Program-made: the position numbers and the translations under genes
Shown here: one piece after another, positions 1 through 64,000 of the stretch
Numbering within the stretch: the first letter of the stretch is position 1
Layout: each line of letters starts with the position of its first letter
Source of the DNA: the human T2T-CHM13v2.0 reference genome, Homo sapiens
Strand: one strand, 5' to 3'
Assembly: GCF_009914755.1 (NCBI RefSeq)
Contig: NC_060938.1
DNA length: 64,000 nucleotides
Notes under the pieces: model-generated
What the model saw: the letters and a program-made list of their open reading frames with translations, nothing else
Database searches by the model: none
What the model was told of the DNA's origin: nothing

Positions 1-177
<177 letters not shown>

Positions 178-835
178 TAGATTTGGAAATCCTGGTGTAT
201 ACAACACAAGAAGAGAAGCAGAGCTAGGAAGGAACCCTGAGAACAGCTAACTTTTAAGGAATGGCTGGAGGAATTTGGAAAGTAATACCCAGAGAGGTAG
301 GAGGGAGTTGTAACTGCTGGGGTTTAATCCCAGCTCAGTTCTTCCATAGATATTTAGGAAAACCAAATCTCGTGTTTTACTGTAGAAGAGCAAGGACCCT
401 ATGAGCCATGTCTGGGAATGTGGAGAGCTCTTTGGAAGAAACGGTGTACCCAATGTACTCAAGCACTTCCAGTTTCAACTGAAAGGGGCCCATGACATTG
501 TCATTTTCTCTTCTCAAAGAAACCACCCCTTTAGCTAAAAGGAAACCCGTATTAATACTCTCAATTCTAAGCACATGAGAATAATCCAACAGCTACTCTT
601 GAAGCTATAATGAATTGTCTTAAAATTAGATCTAATATAGAGGAAGACAATCTAAAACTAACAACATAGAAAAATAAATATTCTGAGTGAGTTAGTTACA
701 TCATTCTTTCCCTATCGTCTGGGACTGGACTCAAACTTCCCTTTAATGGTTTATTTCAATCTCAACAATATTAGATTAAAAAAAATTCCTACCTGTGCAC
801 GGAAAGCTGAGAAAGGGTAAAAAAGGTACATGGTG

Positions 836-1495
836 CTTATGTTGGTGGGATTGTATAATGGGGTAGCCACTTTGGAAAACAATTTGGCAGTTCCTCAAAA
901 AATTAAACATAGAGTTACCTATATGACCTAGCAATTTCACTCCTAGTTGTACAATAAAGAGATATGAAAACGTAAGTCCACACAAAAACTTGTATGCAAA
1001 TATTTATAACAACATTATTTACAATAGACAAAAGGTAGAAACAACCCAAATGTCCACCAACTGATGAGTGGATAAGCACAATGTGGTATATCCATACAAA
1101 AAAATATTATTCAGCCACCAAAACGAATGAAGTATTCACTGAGATAGCACATGGATGAACCTTGAAAACACTACACTGAATTAAAGAAGCCAGACACAAA
1201 ATGCAACATATTGTTTAATTCATTTATATGAAATGTCCAGAATAGGCAAATGCACAGAGCCAGAAAGTAGATTAGTGATTGCTTAGGGCAGGTGAAGGGA
1301 GGAATGGTGAGTGCTAATGGGTATAGGATTTCTATGGGGGGCTGTGATAAAAATGTTCTAAAGTTATTGTAAATAATAGTGATAGATGCACAACTCTGAG
1401 AATATACTAAAATTACTGAGTTGTATACTTTAAAATAGTGAATTTATAGTGTGTGAATTTTATGTCTCATAATGCTTTATTTAAAATAAAAGAAA
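836..1495 (+). mobile_element. Old L1 (L1M-type) 3' fragment
   Basis: L1 3'-end phrases (tttggaaaacaatttggcagttcctcaaaaa..., acaacccaaatgtcc..., atgtccagaataggcaaat); boundaries approximate. Confidence 0.8.
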
Positions 1496-2767
1496 ACACA
1501 AGGGGGATGCATACTTTCTTTTCAAGATATCTAGGTCTTCAACACCCAACTGCCTTATTACCAGCAGTTTACCTTCACAGCTGTACAGCAGCTGAGAGGT
1601 GGTCAGTCTTATTCCCCATTCCCTGTTTTTCCAGAATAATTTTAGGTGGTCAAATTAATCTGTCTCCAATCAAGATTTATTTTTCTGCTAGTGCAAATAA
1701 CATTCAACTGTTGGTTTCTGATGTATTTGTACCATCAGCTTTGTCTTAACATTTATACAACATGACATAGGACATGTTCATTTATATAGTTTATCTGTAC
1801 ATTTCTTAGGTCACTTTTCAAAAGTCAGGTTTGTTGAGGTATAATTCATATTCAGTCAAATTCACCTGTGAGTTATATGCATTGGTGGATATTTATAGTA
1901 ACCACCACCACACTTGAGATGTTGACTATTCCCATCACTCTAAAATGTCCCTTCGCACCCCTTTGTAGTCAACCTCCCCTCCCCACCTCCAGCCCCTGCT
2001 ATCCCCTGATTTAATCTCTACCCTTAAGACACTTTTCATTTCCTGTTCTGTGTTCTCATGGTTCATCCTGAAATGAATCTCTACCAGCTGGGATCCTGAT
2101 TTGTATCCCTACGGTGCCCAATGTGGTACCTGGTACCTAAAAGGTGCTCAGTAAATGGGTGCTGAATAAATGAATGCATATTTTGTTTTTCAGGTTCTAT
2201 CAAATCATATGGGAGACTTTGTTCCCTGATTTCCAGGATGTGCCATTTGAAAGGGGCTATTTATACTGGGAAAGACCTTCTTGCAGAGTCTTATGCAACC
2301 TTTCAAAAAATGGGCCATAGTGATTTCCAATTTCAGAGATTTTTGCTGAGCATTTCAAACATATCCCTAGACTTGGGGCTTACAACTTTGTTCATCCAGC
2401 AAGTAGATGGAAATATCCTCTCTCAACCTGAGCAAGTAGATGGAAATAGACTCTGGGACCATATGCAGCTGTTCTTCTCTCCTCCAAGCTCTCCTCCCCA
2501 TCTTTGATCCCTCCATCTCCACTTGGCATGGCCCCAGAGTCCCATCCAGAGCTTCCCTGAACAAGTTCTGGGAGATTCCAGACCACGTTTATGAAGAACT
2601 CCAAGGGTAGAGCCGACATCTGCTTGAAGCTTTCTCATCATGCAGGTTGTGGCTCTGTGAAAACCCACCTGCTGCTGGCTCATCAGTCAGGCTTGGATCC
2701 CATTGGTCCTTTCTGAGCTAATTCCTCTTCTATCTTGATGTGTGTGAATCAGAAACTGAACATTCCA

Positions 2768-3062
2768 GCCAGGTGTGGTGACAGAGACCTGTAATCCCAG
2801 CACTTTGGGAGGCCGAAGTGGGAGAATTGCTTGAGGCCAGGAGTTTGATAGCAGCCTGGGCAACATAGTGAGATCTCATCTCTATACACACAAGCGTGCG
2901 TGCGCGCGCGCACCAGGCATAGTGGTGCATGCTTGTAGTCCCAGCTACTTGGGAGGCTGGAGTGGAAGGATTGCTTGAGTCCAGGAGTTCAAGTGAGTTC
3001 AAGTACAGTGAGCTATGATTGCACCACTGCACTCCAGCCTCAGTGACAGGGTAAGACCATGA
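2768..3062 (+). mobile_element. Alu (old, J-like)
   Basis: Dimeric Alu; linker altered to CA/CG repeats. Confidence 0.9.
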
Positions 3063-3480
<418 letters not shown>

Positions 3481-4601
3481 AAGAAAACAAACATTCCCAG
3501 AGCAAGTATAAGAGTATTAACAGGCAGTGAACAAAATCCCCCTTTGCCCTGACAGTTCCATGAAATGAGCTAGTACTCAAAGAAAACTTCCCTTTCTTGA
3601 AAAGTGTGGGTATTTTCCCCCAGACCATCTTACTATCCTCAAGCAGATGGGTTTCCACGCACTTTCTGGTGCTGACAGCCCCCTGCTGTGCCCTCTGAAC
3701 ACAGACACTACAAAAAACCCATTTCACCTCTTAAGATTTGCACCTTGCCTCCAAGATGAAGCCTTGATGCTGGCATCCGAATGTATCCAAATAAAACCTA
3801 ATTCCCTTTCTTCCTCCTTTGTCCCCACACATGCAGGCCGTGGCTTCCCTAGAGTAGCTCTGGTAGACAGTTCCTGCTCCTAGGAGACAGTTGCACAATG
3901 TAAACCTGCACCAAGATGTAAACCTGTACCAAGGTCAAAGTTTCAGGGTGTGAACTCCTTGGTACAATGATGAGGTTCTGCTACATGCTGCTACGTAAAC
4001 AAAATACCGAAAAGGTCTTAATTTTTTGCTACATGGAGTAATTGTGTTCATAACCCCACGTGGACAGACAAATCATTAGTAAATCAAAGGGAGCCAAAGA
4101 AATTCTTTCTATAGTAAGGGTGACAGGGTGGGGGGCTGTGAGGATTTTGGGGGTGGATGGGGAATTGGAGACAAGGAGGCTTCAGAAAAAGAGAAAAAGA
4201 AAAAAGTGAGGTTTAAGTAGAGGAAAGCTTATATTCTTCATGAAAATCAAAAGCTGTGGCGGTCAAACTTTTGTGTTAGTAGTACCATGGTGAAAACATA
4301 TTTTACTGCGTTGCGCGCGCCTCACACCCACACACACACAGAAGTATAATGGAAATCAATTTAAAATAAAATGTAGCATAGCTAGCTATAAGCTTAGGAC
4401 ATCTGTGTGTGTGTGTGTGGCCGCGAACAGCCTGACCCGGGCGGAGCGCACCCTCGGGCCGCGTCTCCCCCGCCGTACCAGCCTGCCTGACCGCGCGGAG
4501 GAGGAGGGCGGGCGCGGTGCCGCCGGGGCGGGAAGGTCGCGGGCGGCTGCTCCGGACTGCAGCTCCCGCGGCGGTGGCGGCGTCTCGGGACACGGCGCGG
4601 G

Positions 4602-36805
<32,204 letters not shown>

Positions 36806-37120
36806 GTCTGGGAGGAGTGGAAATCTTCAATGAAGACTTGGCCCAAACACCACCTGTGATGTATATTGTTCTAATGTAAAATTGTACTGGGCTGGTCGGA
36901 TGAGCTGAGGCCATTGACTTCTCTACAAATCACTTGCCATTTTAACAACAGAAAGTACGAATGTTAGGCAGTATGGAATGTTCTTATTTAGCTTATCATA
37001 ATCTACTTTGTAAAACATGCTGAAACCTCACTGTGGAGAACCAGAATTTGGTAAAATCTAGATCCTATCTAAAAATATGTAGTTATTAAACATTCTGTGG
37101 ATATTTGTGAATAAGGTAGT

Positions 37121-37455
37121 TGCTATGGTCCGAATATCTGGGCCTGCCCCCCCAAATTATGCTGAAACCTAATCACCAGTGTGATGGTAATAGGAGGTGG
37201 GACTGAGCTCTGATGAATGAGATTAGTGCCCTTATAAATTATGACCAAAAGAGCTCTTCACTCCTCCTACCATTTGAGGATACAGTGAGAAGCCTTCATC
37301 TATGAACCACAAAGTAGCCCTCATCAGACACTGAATCAGCCAGTGCCTTGCTCTTGGACTTCCCAGCCCCCAGAACTGTGAGAAATAAATTTCTGTTGTT
37401 TATAAGCTACCCAGTTTATGCCATTTTGTTTTAGTGGCCCACAGGGACTAAGACA
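37121..37455 (+). mobile_element. ERVL-MaLR solo LTR (MST/MLT1A-like) in the ABHD12B 3' UTR
   Basis: Starts TGCTATGGT and ends ACTAAGACA; contains ttggacttcccagcc.ccagaactgtgagaaataaatttctgttgtttataagc.acccagt. Confidence 0.85.
37384..37389 (+). terminator. Probable ABHD12B polyadenylation signal AATAAA (inside a MaLR LTR)
   Basis: First canonical AATAAA after the stop, followed by T/GT-rich sequence; a weaker ATTAAA lies at 37085-37090. Confidence 0.65.
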
Positions 37456-37675
37456 TTGGTCTTTGGTTTGGACTCAGATAGCAGTGTAAGAAAGTTGCTT
37501 CTACATAGTTAAGTTTTTTGTATTTTAGTTTAGTTCATTTAAATGGCATTTGAAAGTTCTAAGCAGTTTTCTAATTTTATGACTAGTTTTGGGGTAAATC
37601 CTAGCAGTAGCAAAGCATCACTAGATTTGCTATAAAATAAGTTTTGGCACTCATGTAGCCCTTGGAAATTGACAC

Positions 37676-37681
37676 TTTATT
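37676..37681 (-). terminator. PYGL polyadenylation signal AATAAA
   Basis: TTTATT on + strand, about 150 nt past the PYGL stop codon. Confidence 0.75.
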
Positions 37682-37830
37682 TTTAAGCTCTATTACATAT
37701 AATTTCCCTCCCCATTCCCAGAGATACTCAACTATTATAGATTATTAGCTAACAAAACAAAAACCAGTGAATGTTGTAAAAATGTTCAAGTTCAGTAAGA
37801 AGCTATGTTTTCTAGAGACAATTCTAGAGT

Positions 37831-56572
<18,742 letters not shown>

Positions 56573-57421
56573 TCAGGAAATATGAACCTAGCACTTCAAT
56601 TATATTATATTAAATTTAAAACATCTTTAACTGAAACAACTTATGAATACTGAGTACTGTTTTGTAACTTTTTTACAGCCTACATCAACAATAATACTCG
56701 CTAATACAGCTCTAAATATTTTATATGTATTACTGCATTTAATCCTCTTTTAAAGATGAGGAATTGTAACTGCTCAAGGTCAAATAGTAAACGGTAGAGA
56801 TAAGATCTCAAGGTCAAACAGTAAACGATAGAGATAAGATCTGCCCTTAGGTCTCTGTGTTCCAGAGCCTCTGTCTTAACGTCTGTGAATCCAATTGTCC
56901 AGCTTCAGCTAAAGACAGACGCCTTACAGGGATGTTTATCGTTGGATACCTGGGCCTGTTGAGTCCTACACAAAGGGTTCAGTCAAGATTCTTGTGGCTA
57001 GAATATACAGAATCAGTTAGAAAATGCTACTTACAGAACACTCTTTTAATCAAGCTTATTGGTATAGGTACAGAACATTATTGCATTATGTAGTCTTTGC
57101 TTATCTCAATCCTTATGTAATTTTGATTTGATAATGAACTATAGATTATAGTTTATTTTGAAAATAACATATTCCAAGAGGTAATGAACTTATTTTATTG
57201 ACAATTTCAATATTTTCCTAGGTATTTATGTCAATTTATAACAAAATATTTCTTATATACGATTTTAAACTATGGTTTCTATTTAGGATATCCTGGACAT
57301 CAAATACATTTTCATTTGCAACAAACAAACAAACACATCAAAATAAGAACACCACCACCACCAAACACATTGGAGGGGGATGTATTTTTAAATTATTGAA
57401 ACCTTTAAAATATGACACATA

Positions 57422-57795
57422 CAGTTGTGGATTGCTTAACGACAGGGATACATTCTGAAAAATGTGTTCTTAAGCAACGTTGTCATTGTGCAAACATCAC
57501 AGAGTGCACTTACACAAACCCAGATGGTGCTGCCTACTACACACCTGAGCTATATGGTATGGCCTCCTGCTCCTAGACTACAAACCTGTACAGCACGTTA
57601 CTGTGCTGAATACTATAGGTAATGGTAACACGATGGTGTTTGTATATCTAAACATAGAAATAGTACAGTAAAAATTCAGTATAAAACATAAGAAATGGTA
57701 CACCCACAGGGGGCAGCTCCATTACCATCTTATGGGACCACTATTGCATATGTGTTGTATTGTTGACTGAAATGTCATTATGTGGTGCATGACTA
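57422..57795. mobile_element. Tigger3-type (TcMar-Tigger) non-autonomous DNA transposon
   Basis: Flanked by TA; degenerate terminal inverted repeats cagttgtggattgcttaacgac / gtcattatgtggtgcatgacta. Confidence 0.8.
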
Positions 57796-59051
57796 TACAT
57801 TAAAAAATGGAATTGTGTTCTGGCCAGAAGGGGGTAAACAAAGCAGCTTTGTCAATGAGATAATCTCCAATATGGTTATTTTACCTATTTGATACCTCAT
57901 ATTCACCTCTTAGAAAACTCAGCTTTAGTTTTAGAAGATACTGCTTAAGAATTACAACACAATGTTGGACATCTCATGATCACCTAAACATGAGTGTAAT
58001 GCCTGTCTCAGGAACAGTGTGAAGAGACAAAAATAAACACAGCCACTATCTTTTGAGAATTTAGACTAACCATTATTGTCAACAGCCAGAGAAATGAATA
58101 CAAGTTCACTTATTCAAATTTTGATAGTGTTGTTTATCAAGAAAGCCAGTAAGCTTCCCACTAATATTAACTACCAGTGTAATGATGAATGGAAATGGGA
58201 CTCATAGCAACAACATCTTTAGTTGGAAGAGCTAGGAGTTAGAGAGCCACTGGAGGAAGGAGGAGGTATCAGATGCAAGATGAACCCTAGGGAAGGCTGG
58301 AGAGAGATCTGAGCTCGTCAGAAAGTCACATCTTCTTAAAATGCAGATTCTCAGTAGGTCTGGGGAGGGGCCTGAAATTCTGCATTCCTAATAAGCTCCC
58401 AGGGGCTCCTGATTCTACTGGTCCCTGAACCCCACAAAGAGCAGCCAAGAGCTACAAGGCAATGCAAAGTCAATAACTGTAATCTGTAATTCAGAATTAA
58501 AAACTAAACTTCCGCTATCCCAGTCATAAGAGAACAAAGATAAAATTTTTTTGAGGCAGGAAGGTCACTTGATCCCAGGAGTTTGAGAGCAGCCTGGGCA
58601 ACATAGTGAGAACCTATCTCTAAAAAAAATTTAAAAATTAGCCGAGTGTGGTGGTGTGCACCTGTAGTCCCAGCTACTCAGGAAGCTGAGGTGGGAGGAT
58701 TGCTTGAGCCCGGGAGGTCAGGGCTACAGTGAGCTGTGATCATGCCACTGTACTCCACCCTGGGTGACAGAGTGAGACTCCATCTCAAAAAATAAAGTAA
58801 AATAAAATAAAATAAAATTTTAATAAAGAAACAGTTGAAGTTTGCCAGTTGTCAAGAAGCTTGTTAAAGAGTCCATTAACTTGGCCAGGCGTGGTGGCAA
58901 CGCCTGTAATCCCAGCACTTTGGGAGGCCGAGGTGGGCTGATCATGAGGTCAGGAGTTTGAGACCAGCCTGGCCAACATGGTGAAACCCCGTCTCTACTA
59001 AAAATATGAAAATTAGCCGGGCATGGTGGCGGGCACCTGTAATCCCAGCTA

Positions 59052-59159
<108 letters not shown>

Positions 59160-59577
59160 TCAAAAAAAAAAAAAAAAAAAAAAAAAAAAGAAAAAGTCCA
59201 TTAACTTGGGTTCATAACTAGAAATGCTATAATAAATAAAATGATGACATCAACAAAGGATCAAAACATCTTGACTTACAAAATACTTTATGCTGCACTT
59301 AGGCAAGGGCCAATTTTGGGTTTTAAAATACTGAGCAATGTGAACACTGCTTCCTGTAACAGGAAAGAACCATAGGCCTGTTTGCCTCATTTCAGCATGC
59401 AGGGCTGTTGTAAAACCCATCTGAAGGTATTGTATGAAATAGGAAGACGATGAGGCAGAAACAGTTTTCCTCTGAAAACTCATGACCATGGGAGAACTGA
59501 TGACATATTTTTTTGCTGAGAAATGCAGCAGGATGATATACTGTCCTGCCCCCAAGAAGCCTGAAATGCTCAGATAA

Positions 59578-59919
<342 letters not shown>

Positions 59920-61436
59920 TAAAGTGCTGGGATTACAGGCGTGAGCCACCACGATAAGCCACATTTGCTCTTTTGAGGGTACACTCTTACATGAGATTCT
60001 TAATGCCATCAAATGTTGGTTGAATTTTTTTCCTGCCAAGTAAATGATTGGTTTTAGCTTCATGGGGCTAACAACTCGTAGGAGAGTTTATTTGCTTGCT
60101 GTTCTTTATTGTGAATCTCCCGCTGATTCAATAAAGAATTGGTGAATAATTCTATCAATTTTATAAGGCTTGTTTTTAAGGTAGATTGAGAAACAAGCGT
60201 TTCATAACAAGTTGACCTGAGTAGATCTGAGGAGGAGAGAACTATCCCTTGCTGCCTCCACTAAATCTACAGAAGCTGCAAGATGGTGATAAACCTTCTC
60301 TCTACCTTGCTTTCTTCCAATGAATTGACAAATTGATCTGTAAATTTAGGTTTCCATGTAGCCAGTGATCCCCAAATGCACTAACATGCCAATCATATGA
60401 AGGGGTAGGGGTGGGGGGCCAAGGTGGGAGAACTTTCATCTACATCCAAGTGAGCTGTCAGAGCTGTTTCATCCCAGAGGCTGCACGGGGCTGAAGAAAG
60501 CAAGCGTGGATCTGTGGAGTAAAAGAGCCAACCTGGGTGCAGGTGGCAGCTGGACTAGGCATTTCTTTAGAGGAATGACTCAATGGAATCTGTCCCAGCC
60601 AGCAGGGATGGAGAGGTCAGCCCAGGGGACTCTGTTGACTGAATTCTAAGAAATGCTCTTCTCTGCACCTGTGGGATACAGAGTCGACAAAGAACCAGTG
60701 AACAGTCATCAGGAGAGCCCATGAACTTGGCTTTCTGATGTTATAATAACTGATAAATGTTTCTGTGGCACACCAAGAATTCCACAGTGATAATTAGAAG
60801 CTTGCTGGGTAATGTGAATCACGCATGACTGGCTATTACGAACTTGGTGTGGGTGCTAAGAGGCAAGAGAAGGGTTGCAGAAGCCACTTGGATCCAGCTC
60901 CGAGATACATACTGTGAGTGCCTTTCCACCCAGGGCTTTGGTGTGATTGTGAAACTTCTGTGAGGTTGTTGCAATTGTCTTTCTCCCCACTTCCTCCTAG
61001 GCCAGCTATTTTCATAGAGGACTGTTACTGCACTCCCCATGAGAGGAGATGGTAAATATAGAATTTTAGCAACACAATTTCAGGGGGTGCACGATGAACA
61101 CTCCACGCCTGCAAATCTTCCTTGAAGAGACTCAAAAATTAAAAGCCCATCAACCTTTAAAAATCTTCCCAGCATGTGGAATTTTCATCAGCCTTCTCCA
61201 AATCTGCCTTTGTAAGAACAGTGTTACGTGTTGAGTGGGGGCATGACTATACTCTGAAAAGGCCTGCTGCTTTCTTGACAGATGCATTTTGCTTTTTATG
61301 GAAATAATTTCTTTTTTATGGTATGATATATTTTATGTTTGACGGTTAAAATCCCATCCCAGTAAACAATGGAGGTGGTAAGTAAAATTATATACCCTTC
61401 TGATTCAATTTCAAGTCATAATGAAAGAAGTGATGA

Positions 61437-61613
<177 letters not shown>

Positions 61614-64000
61614 TAGCTGGGATTACATGCACGCGCCACTATCTCCTGGCCAATTTTTGTATTTTTAGTAGAGACTGGGGGTTTCACCATGTTGGCTAGG
61701 CTGGTCTCGAACTCCTGACCTCAAATGATCCACCCACCTCGGCCTCCCAAAGTGCTGGGATTACAGGCGTGAGCCACTGCACCTGGCCAGCTTTGCAATA
61801 TTTTGAATGAGCAAAACCTATTTGGTCTTTCTTTATTTTTCTTTTTAAAGAACACTGGAATACATGCTTTCTTGGTCTGATAGGAGAGAAAGAGATAGTT
61901 TCCTGGAACAAAGATCATTTAAAAAGAGCAAAGGTAGGTGTGATAACAGTGACCCTTCATAAAACGTAAGGGGAAAATATACCTGAGACAAAAAAAAAAT
62001 TGAGATTTGTTTTCTGAGTTTCTTTTAAATCTTCCATCTGATAATAGTTAAGAGATAAGAAATGAGATCCTTGGAAATTCTGGAGTATAGTGAGTAGCGC
62101 ATGGTATCCTTTTCCAAGGCTAAAATTAGATACCATGTGTTGTTTGGTTAGGTTGTGTCAAAGTGTTGGTTGTCCTGGACATGCCTGCTAAATAGGCTCT
62201 CAACATGGAACTCTAGGTTACTCCATTGGGGAGAGGAACAACCTATTTCATTTTTATAACTTTTAATGATTACAAAATACACATTATTTATGGAATCTAA
62301 AACATGTAGAAGAGTAAATAGAAGATAGTATATATATTTCTTACAGAAAATGAGATATGTAGAAGAGTACATAGAAGACAGTAAAAGTTGCCCATCTTCC
62401 AGAGACAACTTCTGTTGAAGCTTTGATGTATTTTTTTCTAGCACTTTTCCTTTATCTTTCTGGCCTTCTCTGGATAGCTGAGGTTTTATTACCCTTATAA
62501 CTCTATATCCTCTACTTATAGGTAACACAATGATTTCCTATTTTGTTAAAATTAATTAAAAATATAATATGAATGGCTTCACTAATATTTTATTATAGAA
62601 TAGCACAATTTATTAAAGCATCCTCCTTTTCTTAGGCAAAATTAGCATTTTATTGTGTGCTTACTAATATTAGCATTTTATTGTGTGCCAGATATTTTAC
62701 ATGTTTTTATAATAATTCTGTAGAGTTTGTATCTCCATTTTGCCATTGAGAAAACTGAGGTTCAGGGAAGTTTGGTAACCTAGTTGAGACAGCATACCTC
62801 ATAAAAGTAATCAGGTCTCCTAAGTTGACATTAGGTCTCAAATGAGAAATTAGGACCCAGGCTTCTCTTCTACAAGATGCTGCCTCTCAGCTTTTATTTA
62901 TTTGGGGGTAGCTAAAGATAAACAGCTCTGGTCCTTAGCAAAATGTGGAAGTTTGTCTTCCACTCTATCCCTAATATTCTCCTGAGTCTTTTTCCTTGGC
63001 ACATTCTCTCATCAAACCAAATTTTTTAGTTCCTCCCTTTTTTGGTTCACAAAGAATCCAAATACTGAGGGAGGGGAAAGAGGGCAGTGGTGACACTAAA
63101 CTCATTCTCATAGGGTTATCTTCCTTTATCCTGGCACAGCCTAGGTCTCTGCATCCAGTCCCTGAGCGTTCTCTTGTTGGACTCATCTCATAAGTGTGGG
63201 AAAGGCTCAGAGAGCTCAAGTTTTTTGGAAACTGAAGATATATATTTCTGTCAATGGTGTATGTATGAGACAAAAATAGGGAGAGAGGAAGCCTAAATCA
63301 CACTTAGTATTAGCAAAAACTGTCCACACTAGGGCGACTGTAGACTCAAACAGTTACCAGAGATAAAAAAAAAATAAGTACCTAACAATCTGGTTTGATT
63401 ATATAAAGTAAAAGTAGTGTCATTTGGATAGATTTGTACAAATTTCTATGGGGCAGTGTAATTATACATATTAAATGTGTGCCAGATTTATTTGCTATAA
63501 CAGTTAACAACACTGTCTGATTTCATCTTATAAAAAAATCAGGACACTTGGTTTGTGTCTTGTAACCATAGCATATTAAAGAAGGCAAGACTCTGAGTGT
63601 AGAATAGAATACTGAATATGGTCCTGGGAATCTGGGGATACAGACATGTATTGGCCAGCAGTGTGATCTGAGGTAACTTTACTTCCTCAGAGACTCAGTG
63701 TTCTCACCTACAAAATGGCAATGTGCTTCCTATCATCAAGGGTTCTTGGCTGAGATCATGAGTCAAAGATGTGCTCCTCCATTATGACTGCTGCAGAGAA
63801 TGGAACATCACACATTGTAGGTGCTCCACAATCAGGCAGTCAGTGATATATATTTTCAGAGCACCCTGTGCGTCAGCCACTGCCCTCAGTGCAATGGATC
63901 TGGTGATGAGTGATACTGGAAGGCTCTCTGTTCTTGGGGAACATACATTCTGAAGTGGGAAGATGGATAGATAGAACTCACTGATACCAACCAAATGCCA

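Overview
Human-like (primate) genomic DNA, recognised from exon sequences as the ABHD12B / PYGL locus (human 14q22). The window holds the whole ABHD12B gene on the + strand. I reassembled 13 coding exons by hand between 4602 and 36805, giving 1089 nt / 362 aa with an intact GHSLG nucleophile elbow. Tail-to-tail with it, exons 5-20 of liver glycogen phosphorylase PYGL lie on the - strand (56536-37831, 2016 nt, open frame; exons 1-4 are beyond the right edge). The rest is typical intronic repeat content: about 33 Alus, old L1 fragments, MIR, MaLR LTRs and a Tigger. Nearly all entries in the supplied ORF track are repeat-derived or spurious. The most interesting element is a sense-oriented, internally deleted HERV-H provirus (25601-29321, AAATT TSD, perfect tRNA-His PBS) in ABHD12B intron 9. 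Its two LTR7s carry different U3 blocks, and only the 5' LTR has the second ACAAAAGA SOX-type motif. Splicing from its donor into ABHD12B exon 10 predicts a 43-aa chimeric uORF and a 90-aa protein lacking the catalytic serine. Smaller oddities include a GC-AG intron in PYGL, an Alu with a 48-bp flanking duplication, an orphan poly(A) insertion with TSD, closely spaced head-to-head Alu pairs, an LTR-supplied poly(A) signal and a duplicated MIR-derived nuclear-receptor/GATA motif pair. I found no evidence of a wholly new gene system.
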